NCBI GenBank assembly: GCA_025351245.1
Contig: JANXWH010000087.1
Coordinates: forward strand, 4,822 to 68,821
Origin: Chloroflexota bacterium
Lineage (GTDB): Bacteria > Chloroflexota > Limnocylindria > Limnocylindrales > CSP1-4
DNA length: 64,000 nucleotides
Direction of reading: 5' to 3'
Part shown: positions 50,425-59,322 of the stretch, piece after piece
Position numbering within the stretch: the first letter of the stretch is position 1
How the letters are laid out: the number at the start of each line of letters is the position of its first letter
Translations under genes and position numbers: made by a program
Notes under the pieces: generated by a model
Told to the model about the DNA's origin: nothing
Databases searched by the model: none
Seen by the model: only the letters and a program-made list of their open reading frames with translations

Positions 50425-50885
50425 CCATGACCCTGACCGCCGAGTTCGACGCATCGCCGACGCGCGTGTGGGAGCTGTGGGCCGATCCGCGCCAGCTCGA
50501 GCGCTGGTGGGGTCCCCCGATGTACCCCGCCACCTTCACGGCCCACGACCTGGCTCCCGGCAGTCGAAGCGAGTACCACATGACCGGGCCGACCGGCGAC
50601 CAGCCGCGAGGGTTCTGGGACATCCTCGAGGCCGATCCACCGCGTCGGCTCGCCTACCGCCATGGGTTCGCGCATGACGACGGCACGCCGAACCCGGATC
50701 TCCCGGGCATGACCGCCCACGTGACGATCGAGTCGATCGATGCCGGCCGCACACGGATGTCGATCGAGAGCGGCTTTCCGAGCGCGGAAGCAATGGAACG
50801 GATCCTGGCCATGGGCATGCAGGAAGGCCTCGCGCAGGCGGTCGGCCAGATCGACGCCATCCTCGCTGAAGGAGTCGCAGCATGA
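50385..50885 (+). CDS. SRPBCC / AHSA1-domain protein
   Basis: ATG 50385 after GAGGAGG. FDASPTRVWELWADPRQLERWWGP is the typical AHSA1 start. ArsR pairing is common. Confidence 0.85.
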   Translation: MPVTAVGKDPEALTMTLTAEFDASPTRVWELWADPRQLERWWGPPMYPATFTAHDLAPGSRSEYHMTGPTGDQPRGFWDILEADPPRRLAYRHGFAHDDGTPNPDLPGMTAHVTIESIDAGRTRMSIESGFPSAEAMERILAMGMQEGLAQAVGQIDAILAEGVAA

Positions 50886-51115
50886 CCACGATGACCGAGG
50901 CGACGAACGCACACCCTGGACGTGCGGGATGCCGTCCTGTCCTACGACAGGGCGAGATGGCGCATCGCGGCGCGGTCGCCGTCGCCGAGCGGCTCGAGAC
51001 GGAGCCCGTGAGCTTCCCGAGCGGCCATGGCGGCTTCCTCGGTGGCGAGTATGGCCAGCCTGGCGATCCCGATGCCTTCGCCGCGAAGCTACGCGAGGTC
51101 CTCGCCGAGGCCTGA
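50882..51115 (+). pseudogene. probable collapsed alpha/beta-hydrolase remnant
   Basis: The 77-aa ORF ends ..VSFPSGHGGFLGG....PDAFAAKLREVLAEA, like a hydrolase C-terminus (catalytic His region). A +1 frame near its start reads TLDVRDAVLSYD, like a hydrolase N-terminus. The ~200-aa core is missing. Confidence 0.4.
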
Positions 51116-51143
51116 AGAAGGAGCGGCGAGTAGGCTGTCCGGC

Positions 51144-51812
51144 ATGACCGACGCGCTGCGCGTGATCCTGGAGGTCGGCAAGTCGCGCAGGGTCGTGGCG
51201 GGCGCCATGGACTGGCCCGGCCTCGATCGCTGGGGGACCTCGGAGGACGACGCACTCGACAAGTTGTCGTCCTATCTCCCGCGGTACGTGGGCGTCGCGG
51301 AACGGGCGGGTATGGGGAGCGCGTTCGCGCGGGTGCGCGACGTGGAGGTGGTCGAACGCGTACCCGGATCGAGCTCCACCGATTTCTGGGGCATCGCCCA
51401 CGTGCCGTCGCAGATCGAGCGTGAACTGGCGCCACCCACCGACCTGGAACGGCGGCTCGACCTCTTACGCGCCTGCTGGGCCTACTTCGACGACATCGCG
51501 GCACGCGTCTCCGGCGACCTCCGGCCGGGATCTCGCAGCGGTGGGCGCAGTCGCGACCAGATCATCCGCCACGTGTACGGCACCGAGCCGGACCAGTTCT
51601 CGCGCAAGGTCGAGGTCCGGACGCCGATCGAGGTCGTCCTGACCCCGGACGGCCTAGCGACGCATCGGAAGTCATACGTGGATGCCATCCGCGCCTACAA
51701 CGCCGAAGGCAAGCCAGCGCGCACCTGGCCGATCCAGTTCCTCGTGCGCCGCACGGCCCACCACGTCATGGATCATGCGTGGGAACTGGAGGACCGGATT
51801 CTCGGATCCTGA
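51144..51812 (+). CDS. hypothetical protein (C-terminal DinB-like His-rich helix)
   Basis: 222 aa with normal composition. ...RRTAHHVMDHAWELEDR near the C-terminus. No firm family call. Confidence 0.55.
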   Translation: MTDALRVILEVGKSRRVVAGAMDWPGLDRWGTSEDDALDKLSSYLPRYVGVAERAGMGSAFARVRDVEVVERVPGSSSTDFWGIAHVPSQIERELAPPTDLERRLDLLRACWAYFDDIAARVSGDLRPGSRSGGRSRDQIIRHVYGTEPDQFSRKVEVRTPIEVVLTPDGLATHRKSYVDAIRAYNAEGKPARTWPIQFLVRRTAHHVMDHAWELEDRILGS

Positions 51813-52197
51813 GGATCCCGATCTGGCGAGACGGCGCGCGTCGCGGATCGCGCGAACGATCGCTCCTACGCCCGCGTAGGTCGTCGCAGGTGGTCCGTCG
51901 CTGGTGCCCGCGCAGGCCAGCCCGCTCGATGAGGATCGACCTGTCCAGGGCCACGAGCTGCGAGACGTTGGCTACCGAGTCGCGCGGCAGGCCGGTGGCC
52001 CGCGCGCTGAGTCGTACATTCCCCGGCGCGGCCGCCCAGCGGAGGTTGCTCGTGAGTGGAACTGCGACCGCCGTGCGAAGCGCGCTCCGGTTGAAGCTTT
52101 CGCCCTGAACGACGATGACGGGTCGTCGAAAGCCAGGTTCGGAGCCGACCGGTTCGCCCGGGTCGGCCCACCACACGTCGCCCTGCGAGATCACCAC
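51766..52197 (-). CDS. mazF: MazF/PemK-family endoribonuclease toxin, orphan and possibly 3'-frameshifted
   Basis: GTG 52197/52194. ISQGDVWWADPGEPVGSEPGFRRPVIVVQGESFNRS..AVPLTSNLRWAAAPGNV..GLPRDSVANVSQLVALDRS. After ..IERAG the in-frame tail is Arg-rich and runs 47 nt into the convergent gene. Another frame would stop at 51866. Confidence 0.7.
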   Translation of the reverse strand: MVISQGDVWWADPGEPVGSEPGFRRPVIVVQGESFNRSALRTAVAVPLTSNLRWAAAPGNVRLSARATGLPRDSVANVSQLVALDRSILIERAGLRGHQRRTTCDDLRGRRSDRSRDPRRAPSRQIGILRIRESGPPVPTHDP

Positions 52198-52413
52198 TCC
52201 GTCGACTCGAGTAGCTGCCGGCTGGCGGTGATCACGAACGGGTCGATCCCCACGGGGACGCTCCGCGCCGGCCTCGCCTTGGTCGACCGGACGTGTCCTC
52301 CATGCCGCGATGCTCCCCGCTCGTTCTGCGCGGCGAGGTGTCATTCTGGGCGATGCCCGTTCGTAGTCAGGGTGACTGGCGGGAATCGCCGGCACGTCAC
52401 GAGGAACACCACC

Positions 52414-52773
52414 ATGCCGCAGTACTTGTTGTCCGTGCACAGCGCCGCCGGCGAGACCCGCCAGACGATGACCGAGGAGGAGATGCAGCAGGCATGGCAG
52501 CCGATCCTGGCGCTCGAGGCGGAGATGAAATCGAGCGGCACCTGGGTCTTCTCCGGCCGCCTGCACGAAGCCGACGCTGCCACTGTCGTGCGCATGTCCG
52601 ACGGCATGGTGCTGACCACGGACGGTCCGTTCGTGGAGGCGAAGGAGCATCTGGGCGGCTTCTACATCATCGAGGCCGTGGACCTCGACGCCGCCCTTGC
52701 CTGGGCGTCGAAGGTCACGCGCGTCATCATGGCCCCGATCGAGGTCCGCCCCTTCGCGGAAACCTCGGGCTGA
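52414..52773 (+). CDS. YCII-related (DGPF) domain protein
   Basis: ATG 52414 after GAGGAA. MPQYLLSVH....DGPFVEAKEHLGGFYIIEA. Confidence 0.85.
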   Translation: MPQYLLSVHSAAGETRQTMTEEEMQQAWQPILALEAEMKSSGTWVFSGRLHEADAATVVRMSDGMVLTTDGPFVEAKEHLGGFYIIEAVDLDAALAWASKVTRVIMAPIEVRPFAETSG

Positions 52774-52774
52774 A

Positions 52775-53995
52775 TTGTTGCCGACAGTCGACGACGTCCT
52801 GATCGGCGGGGTGTTCCGCGAGGAGTCCGGCCGGTCGGTGGCCACTCTGATTCGGATCTTCGGTGATATCGACCTCGCCGAGGACGCCGTGCAGGAGGCC
52901 TTCGCCGTCGCCCTGCACAAGTGGCCAACCGACGGCCTGCCCGAGAACCCGGGCGGCTGGATCACCACGACCGCCCGCAACCGAGCTATCGACCAGCTCC
53001 GCCGCGAGTCGCGGGGGCGCGACCTCCTGGCCCAGGTGGCCCTGCTCGACCAACCAGACCAGCAATTGGAACCGGAGGTGGTGCCCGTGGAGGACGACCG
53101 GCTCCGGCTCGTCTTCACGGGCTGCCATCCCGCCCTCTCGAGCGAGGCGCAGGTCGCGTTGACGTTGCGCCTCCTCGGCGGCCTCACCACCACCGAGGTC
53201 GCCCGCGCCTTCCTCGTCGCCGAGTCCACCATGGCCCAACGCCTCGCCCGGGCCAAGCGCAAGATCAAAGCGGCCCACATCAGGTACCGGGTGCCGTCCC
53301 CGGCCGAGCTGCCCCACCGCCTCCGCCCGGTCCTCGCCGTGCTGTACCTGGTCTACAACGCGGGCGCCGACGGCCCGTCGGGTCACGAGCTGCGGGCCGA
53401 GGCGATCCGACTCACCCGTGCCGTTGCAGGCCTGATGCCAGACGAGCCCGAGGTTTCCGGGCTCCTCGCGCTGCTGCTGATCACCGAATCACGGCAGCCG
53501 GCCCGATTCAACGGCAACGGGTCGCTCGTGCTGCTCGGCGAGCAGGATCGTGAACGATGGGACCGCACGCTGATCGAGGAAGGTCAGGCCATCGTGCGCG
53601 CGTGCCTTCGCCGCAACATCCCGGGCCCATACCAGGTCCAGGCTGCCATCAACGCTGTGCACGCCGACGCGGCGTCGGTCGGGTCGACGGACTGGAATGA
53701 GATCCTCGCCCTGTACGACCAGCTGCGCGCGCTGTCCCCGACGCCCGTCGTCGCCCTCAACCGAGCGATCGCCCTGGGGGAGGTGCGGGGCCCGGCCGTC
53801 GCGCTCGCGGTCGTCGACGGCCTCGATCTCGACGGCTACTACCTCTACCACGCCACCCGCGCCGACTTGCTCCGCCGCCTCGGGCGAACCGAGGAGGCCG
53901 CCGGGGCCTACGCCCGCGCTGCCGACCTCGCTCCGAGCGACCCGGAACGCGCCTTCCTCGAAGGTCGGTTGTCCATGATCGGATCCACGGACTGA
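52775..53995 (+). CDS. ECF-like sigma-70 family factor with long C-terminal helical extension
   Basis: TTG 52775/52778 lies 1 nt after the YCII stop. Region 2 (DLAEDAVQEAFAVAL..W.....NPGGWITTTARNRAIDQLRR), region 4 (LTTTEVARAFLVAESTMAQRLARAKRKI), then about 230 aa that is TPR-like. Confidence 0.85.
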   Translation: MLPTVDDVLIGGVFREESGRSVATLIRIFGDIDLAEDAVQEAFAVALHKWPTDGLPENPGGWITTTARNRAIDQLRRESRGRDLLAQVALLDQPDQQLEPEVVPVEDDRLRLVFTGCHPALSSEAQVALTLRLLGGLTTTEVARAFLVAESTMAQRLARAKRKIKAAHIRYRVPSPAELPHRLRPVLAVLYLVYNAGADGPSGHELRAEAIRLTRAVAGLMPDEPEVSGLLALLLITESRQPARFNGNGSLVLLGEQDRERWDRTLIEEGQAIVRACLRRNIPGPYQVQAAINAVHADAASVGSTDWNEILALYDQLRALSPTPVVALNRAIALGEVRGPAVALAVVDGLDLDGYYLYHATRADLLRRLGRTEEAAGAYARAADLAPSDPERAFLEGRLSMIGSTD

Positions 53996-54019
53996 CGCGA
54001 CCGACCGAGGGTCGGCGGC

Positions 54020-54613
54020 GTGACGACGAGGCGCGTGGCCTGGCGCCGTGGCGACGAGGTGCAGGCCGACGAGCACTGCACCCTGACGCTCCGTGACGGC
54101 GGGCTTTCGCTGGTGGGCACCGTTCTCGGCGCTCAGGGCGGCGTGCCTGTTCGGGTCGAGTACCGGGTCATGGCCAGCGGCGCCGGCCTGACGACCGCGG
54201 TCCACGTTCGCGACCTGCGCGGGTTCGAGGCGCGGACGATCGCCCTTGCGCGCGACGCGAAGGGCGGCTGGACTGTCGACGGAAAGGCCGCACCCGCTCT
54301 CCGGCGATGCACCGACGTCGACCTCGGCTGCAGCCCGTCCACCAACACGCTGCCGATCCGCCGCCTCCGGCTCGGCATCGGCGCGTCGCACACGATCCAG
54401 GCGGCGTGGGTCCGGTTCCCGGAGCTCACGGTCGCCAAGGCTGCGCAGACCTATACCCGCCTCGACGAGCTCACGTACCGCTATGCCAGCGGCGACTTCG
54501 AGGCCGAGCTGACCGTGGACGACGACGGCCTAGTGACGGCCTACGCGGTCTGGCAGCGGACCGGGATCTCCATGGGTCAGGACGACACCGAGCCACTGGA
54601 CTCGCACCGATAG
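54020..54613 (+). CDS. putative glycolipid-binding domain protein (DUF1089-like)
   Basis: 197 aa. DLGCSPSTNTLPIRRL and YRY.SG.F.AELTVDDDGLV patterns. Confidence 0.6.
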   Translation: MTTRRVAWRRGDEVQADEHCTLTLRDGGLSLVGTVLGAQGGVPVRVEYRVMASGAGLTTAVHVRDLRGFEARTIALARDAKGGWTVDGKAAPALRRCTDVDLGCSPSTNTLPIRRLRLGIGASHTIQAAWVRFPELTVAKAAQTYTRLDELTYRYASGDFEAELTVDDDGLVTAYAVWQRTGISMGQDDTEPLDSHR

Positions 54614-54745
54614 CGATCGGGGCCGGCTTCCGCCCCGCTCGGGTCGGCGGGCCGGCGACCGGTCCGATCGCGGATCAGGGCGGTGCGCTACGGTAGTGAA
54701 GCGGCTCGACGGGGGCCCAGGTACGAGATCGGGAGTTGAGTCGAG

Positions 54746-55846
54746 ATGCAGTTCGGGATCTTCAGCGTCGGCGATGTCACTCCCGATCCCACCACCGGTC
54801 GCACGCCAAGCGAGGCCGAGCGGATCCAGGCGATGGTCGCCATTGCCCTCAAGACCGAGGAGGTTGGCCTGGACGTGTTCGCCACCGGCGAGCACCACAA
54901 CCCGCCGTTCGTGCCTTCCTCCCCCACCACGATGCTGGGCTACATCGCCGCGCGGACCGAGCGGCTGATCCTGTCGACTGCGACGACCCTGATCACGACC
55001 AACGATCCGGTGAAGATCGCCGAGGACTACGCGATGCTCCAGCATCTCGCCGGCGGCCGACTGGACCTGATGCTGGGCCGGGGCAACATGGGCCCCGTCT
55101 ACCCGTGGTTCGGCCAGGACATCCGCAATGGGATTCCCCTCGCCTATGAGAACTATGCCCTGCTCCACAGGCTGTGGCGCGAAGACGTCGTGGACTGGGA
55201 GGGCAAGTTCCGGACCCCGCTGGTCGGCTTCACCTCAACGCCGCGCCCGCTGGACGGCGTGCCGCCATTCGTCTGGCATGGCTCGATCCGCAGCCCCGAG
55301 ATCGCGGAGCAGGCGGCCTACTATGGCGACGGCTTCTTCCACAACAACATCTTCTGGCCGGCGGAGCACGTCCGGCGGATCGTGGCGCTCTATCGCCGCC
55401 GATTCGAGCACCACGGGCACGGCCCGGCCGACCAGGCAATCGTTGGCCTGGGCGGCCAGACCTACATGCGCAAGAACAGCCAGGACGCAGTGCGCGAGTT
55501 CCGGCCGTACTTCGATCACGCGCCGGTGTACGGCGGCGGACCCTCACTCGAGGAGTACATGGAGCAGACGCCCCTGACGGTTGGCAGCCCCCAACAGGTC
55601 ATCGACCGGACCCTCGCCTTCCGGGAGGTCGTGGGCGACTACCAGCGCCAGCTGTTTCTCGTCGACCATGCCGGGCTCCCGCTCGACACAGTGCTCGAGC
55701 AGCTGGACATGCTGGGCGAGCTCGTCGTGCCGGTCCTGCGCAGGGAATTCGCCACCAATCGACTGCCGAATGTGCCCGAGGCGCCAGTCCATCCGCGGGT
55801 CCTGGCGGCACAGGCTGCCCGGGCAGCGGCGACGGCCCGGGCGTGA
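54746..55846 (+). CDS. LLM-class flavin-dependent oxidoreductase (luciferase-like)
   Basis: MQFGIFSVGD..., GLDVFATGEHH. 366 aa. Paired with an FMN reductase. Confidence 0.85.
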   Translation: MQFGIFSVGDVTPDPTTGRTPSEAERIQAMVAIALKTEEVGLDVFATGEHHNPPFVPSSPTTMLGYIAARTERLILSTATTLITTNDPVKIAEDYAMLQHLAGGRLDLMLGRGNMGPVYPWFGQDIRNGIPLAYENYALLHRLWREDVVDWEGKFRTPLVGFTSTPRPLDGVPPFVWHGSIRSPEIAEQAAYYGDGFFHNNIFWPAEHVRRIVALYRRRFEHHGHGPADQAIVGLGGQTYMRKNSQDAVREFRPYFDHAPVYGGGPSLEEYMEQTPLTVGSPQQVIDRTLAFREVVGDYQRQLFLVDHAGLPLDTVLEQLDMLGELVVPVLRREFATNRLPNVPEAPVHPRVLAAQAARAAATARA

Positions 55847-56469
55847 GCGCGACGGCCTCACGCTCGCTCGTCGTCGTCAGCGCCGGGTTGAGCCAGCCCT
55901 CGTCCACCCGCCTCCTGGCGGACCGCCTGTCCGCCGCGGTTGATCGGCACCTTCGCGGGGCGGGGATCGAGCAGCAGATCGAGGTCATCGAGCTGCGCGA
56001 CCATGCCAGGGACCTCGTGAACAACCTCCTGACCGGCTTCCCGAGTCCGCCTCTCCAGGCGGCGATCGACGCGGTCCTCACGGCCGACGGCCTGATCGCG
56101 GTGACCCCCATCTTCAGCGCCTCGTACGGCGGCCTGTTCAAGCTGTTCTTCGACCTGGTCGAGCGAGACGGCTTGGCGGGCAAACCCGTCCTCATCGCGG
56201 CCGCCGGTGGGACAGCCCGCCACTCGCTCGCGCTCGAGCACGCCCTGCGGCCTCTCTTCGCATACCTGAACGCGGCGGTGGTCGCGACGGCCGTGTACGC
56301 CGCGACCGAGGATTGGGGCCGCAGCGGTGTCGCGGCCGAAGACAGCCTCGTCGATCGGATCGATCGGGCGGCCCTCGAGCTCTCCGTTGCGATGTCGGTG
56401 CGAAGGTCGGCCGTCCGGAAGGACCCCTTCGCGGATCCGGTTCCCTTCGACCAGCTCCTGCAGTCGTAG
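55843..56469 (+). CDS. NAD(P)H-dependent FMN reductase
   Basis: GTG 55843 overlaps the LLM stop (GTGA). LVVVSAGLSQPSSTRLLA, TPIFSASYGGLFKLFFD. Confidence 0.8.
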   Translation: MSATASRSLVVVSAGLSQPSSTRLLADRLSAAVDRHLRGAGIEQQIEVIELRDHARDLVNNLLTGFPSPPLQAAIDAVLTADGLIAVTPIFSASYGGLFKLFFDLVERDGLAGKPVLIAAAGGTARHSLALEHALRPLFAYLNAAVVATAVYAATEDWGRSGVAAEDSLVDRIDRAALELSVAMSVRRSAVRKDPFADPVPFDQLLQS

Positions 56470-56876
56470 CCGGCGTCGGTGTCCCGCGGGGGCATCGAGG
56501 ACCGGCCTCACCACCGGCAGTCGCCGGCGACCTCGTCATGCCTCGCGCACAACTGGCGGGCTCGCTTGCATCGAATGTACGATCTCGACCGCTGCCGGGC
56601 CGCGGGACGGGTCAGCCCGTCAAGACTCTGCGCCCAGTGCACGAACTCGACCTGAGCCTGGTCGATTTCACCCTCCAGGCGCCCTCCACGCACCCTCGTG
56701 GGCCGCGAGGGACACCAGAACGGTCAGATCGTGCATCCAACGCACACCGGTGCTGCATTCGTGCGCCAGATGCATAGGTTCGACGAGTTGGGCGCGATCG
56801 GCCCCAAGCCGCAGTCCACCCGAGCTCGGGCGTCGGCGCCGGGGGCGAAGAGAAGCAGGAAAGCCGCCTGTCAGCG

Positions 56877-58151
56877 TCACTGGTGCGAGCCCGCGTGAAC
56901 GATATTGTCGAACTGCCGCCACAGGATCGTGACGAGCAGCGCGGAGCCGACGAACGCGAACCAGAACGGGGCCGTGATGCCGAACGTCCGCGCGAGCAGG
57001 CCGCCGAGCGGCGTCCCGACCACGAGCCCGCCGACGATCGCGACGCGGTAGACACCCGTCACGCGACCGAGCAGCTCGTCCGGGACCGCGCGCTGACGGA
57101 CGACGGTCGATGTGGTTCCCCAGACGAACGCGTGCGCCCCGAACACCACCAGGGTGGCGAGCGCGATCGCCGGTGACGTCGTCAGCGCGAGCACCAGGTG
57201 GGTGCACGTCTCGATGACCAGCCCGACGCGCATGATGTCGGCCAGTGCGAAGCGCCGCTCCAGGCGCCCGTAGGACGCGATCCCCACGACCCCGCCGATC
57301 GCCACCGCCGTCGTCAGGAGACCAAACCCCACCTCGTCCATCCCGAGTCGCTCGCCCGCGTACAGGACGAGCACCGACCACGCCGCGCCGTACGTGATGT
57401 TGAAGGTGAAGATCGTGAGCGCGAGCGTCCGCATGGGCGGATGCGCGACCAGCCATCGGATGCCTTCGATCATCTCGGCGCGCAGGCTGCTCCCCTCCCC
57501 TGCCCGGCCGCGCGGGCCGGTCACGACGCGCGAGACGAGCACGGCTCCCAGGGCGAAACAGGCGGCATTCGTCGCGAACGGCAGGGCCATCCCCGCAGCG
57601 AACAGGAAGGCGCCGATCGGCGGCGTCAGCAGCTGGTTCGTGAGGAGGAACCCACCCTGCATCCGCGCGTTCGCGATGCCCAGGTCCTCGCGGGCCACGA
57701 GACCCGGGACCAGCGTGCTGCTGGCGGCGTCGGCGAAGGTCTCCGCGGTCCCCAGGATGAACAGGACGGCCAGCACCACGGCGATGTTGACCGTTCCGGT
57801 GACGATCACGGCGACCAATCCGCCAAGCACCAGGGCGCGAACCACGTTCACCGCGACGACCATTCGGCGTCGATCGAACCGGTCCGCCGCGGCCCCGCCC
57901 AGGACGCCGAACAGCAGGACCGGAAGGTACTCGCTGAGGAGTGCCATCGAGACGAGGAACGGGTCGCGGGTCTGTGACGCGACGAGGAGCGGCCCAGCCG
58001 AGATCACGACGCCATCGCCCGCGTTGTTGATGACGGTTGCAGCCAGGAGCCAGCGAAAGCTCCGTCCAAGCCTCCTCGGCGCGACGGTCTCGGTGATCCG
58101 GGCAGGCAGGGGTCGCATCCGTGAGAGGGTACCAAGGCGACTCCGGCGCAA
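56877..58151 (-). CDS. MFS transporter (EntS/DHA3-like)
   Basis: 12 predicted hydrophobic helices, and a GGAAADRFDRRRM loop between TM2 and TM3. ATG 58118 is an alternative start. Confidence 0.85.
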   Translation of the reverse strand: MRRSRLGTLSRMRPLPARITETVAPRRLGRSFRWLLAATVINNAGDGVVISAGPLLVASQTRDPFLVSMALLSEYLPVLLFGVLGGAAADRFDRRRMVVAVNVVRALVLGGLVAVIVTGTVNIAVVLAVLFILGTAETFADAASSTLVPGLVAREDLGIANARMQGGFLLTNQLLTPPIGAFLFAAGMALPFATNAACFALGAVLVSRVVTGPRGRAGEGSSLRAEMIEGIRWLVAHPPMRTLALTIFTFNITYGAAWSVLVLYAGERLGMDEVGFGLLTTAVAIGGVVGIASYGRLERRFALADIMRVGLVIETCTHLVLALTTSPAIALATLVVFGAHAFVWGTTSTVVRQRAVPDELLGRVTGVYRVAIVGGLVVGTPLGGLLARTFGITAPFWFAFVGSALLVTILWRQFDNIVHAGSHQ

Positions 58152-58252
58152 CCCGTTCGCCCGCGCGTCATGGCGCCTCTCGCGACTGATCTCGGCTGTG
58201 CCCGTATCCTGACGCGGGGGGCGAACGTCTTGCCCCGGGCGGGGAGACAGAC

Positions 58253-58624
58253 ATGGACTTCAACAGCATCCTCATCGGGTCCGAGGATCCGCAGCGGCTG
58301 GTCGAGTACTACACGAAGGTTCTCGGCAAGCCGGGCTACTCGGACGGCGGGTACACCGGGTGGCAGCTCGGTTCCGGGTTCGTCACGGTCGGCCCGCACA
58401 CCGAGGTCAAGGGAAAGAACGCCGCCCCCGGCCGGATGATCTGGAACATCGAGTCCAGGGACGTGGCGGGCGAGTTCGAGCGGATGAAGGCCGCCGGGGC
58501 GATCGTCATCGCGGAGCCGTACAGCTTCGAAGGGGCACCCAACTCGTCGATCGCGACCTTCGCCGACCCCGACGACAACTACTTCCAGCTCATGAGCCCG
58601 ATGGAACTGCCGGCCTCCGGATAG
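58253..58624 (+). CDS. VOC (glyoxalase/bleomycin-resistance) family protein
   Basis: 123 aa. FADPDDNYFQL C-terminal motif and a betaalphabetabetabeta-type pattern. Confidence 0.8.
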   Translation: MDFNSILIGSEDPQRLVEYYTKVLGKPGYSDGGYTGWQLGSGFVTVGPHTEVKGKNAAPGRMIWNIESRDVAGEFERMKAAGAIVIAEPYSFEGAPNSSIATFADPDDNYFQLMSPMELPASG

Positions 58625-58734
58625 ATACGGGCGGGTCGGCCGCCTGGCTGTCCATCAGCCCGAGCCTGGCTCGCACCGCCCGACGCGGCCGCACGTGCCG
58701 ACCCGGACGGGAGCGGCCCGCCGGACGAGAAGGA

Positions 58735-59076
58735 TCAGGGCTGAGCCCGGAGAGCGGCGAGGATCGAGGCCGCGGACAAGACCAATCCTGAGGCAGTCTT
58801 CGGGCGGTAGGGCCACGCTCGATGGATCGCCGCAGCCAGCGTCTCCTCCGTCACCAGCACCGCGCCCTCGGGGATGGCCTCAAGGGAGGCACTAATCCGG
58901 CGACCAGCCACGACAGTCGGATGCGATTCCCCAAGACTCAGCGCGAGATGCTCGACCGCGTAGGCAACGAACTCAGGCGCCCCATCCAGTGCCGCCTTGA
59001 TCTCGACTCCCGTCATCCCGTCCCCTTCCTTGAAGATCGCGTACCGGATCTGGGACGCGAGCGCTCCAGGCAGCAT
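58735..59076 (-). CDS. hypothetical protein
   Basis: 113 aa with protein-like composition and no recognisable motif. An overlapping upstream ORF (59013..59312) in another frame leaves the start unclear. Confidence 0.4.
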   Translation of the reverse strand: MLPGALASQIRYAIFKEGDGMTGVEIKAALDGAPEFVAYAVEHLALSLGESHPTVVAGRRISASLEAIPEGAVLVTEETLAAAIHRAWPYRPKTASGLVLSAASILAALRAQP

Positions 59077-59322
59077 TCGAGGAATCTGACATCGCTGGCG
59101 TCCTGGCCCGTGAAATCACGTTTCACGAAGTCGATGGCCTCGCAGTCGCGGCGCGTCTCGCATCTGCGTCCAGGAAGTATGTGACGGCGGGTCAGTCTGG
59201 CGCTCGTCAGCGTTTGAGGGCACGCGGATCTGGAGAGCAAGTTCCTGTAGATCGACGCGAAATCGGCGGCCACGCCTGCGCTCTGGCGCCTCCGCCGGCC
59301 GCGAGATCCCACGGAACGGGAG

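Noticed and set aside
51766-53280. 504-aa minus-strand ORF
   Set aside because: Only the MazF-like segment (to 52197) resembles a protein. The remainder is antisense to the YCII and sigma genes.
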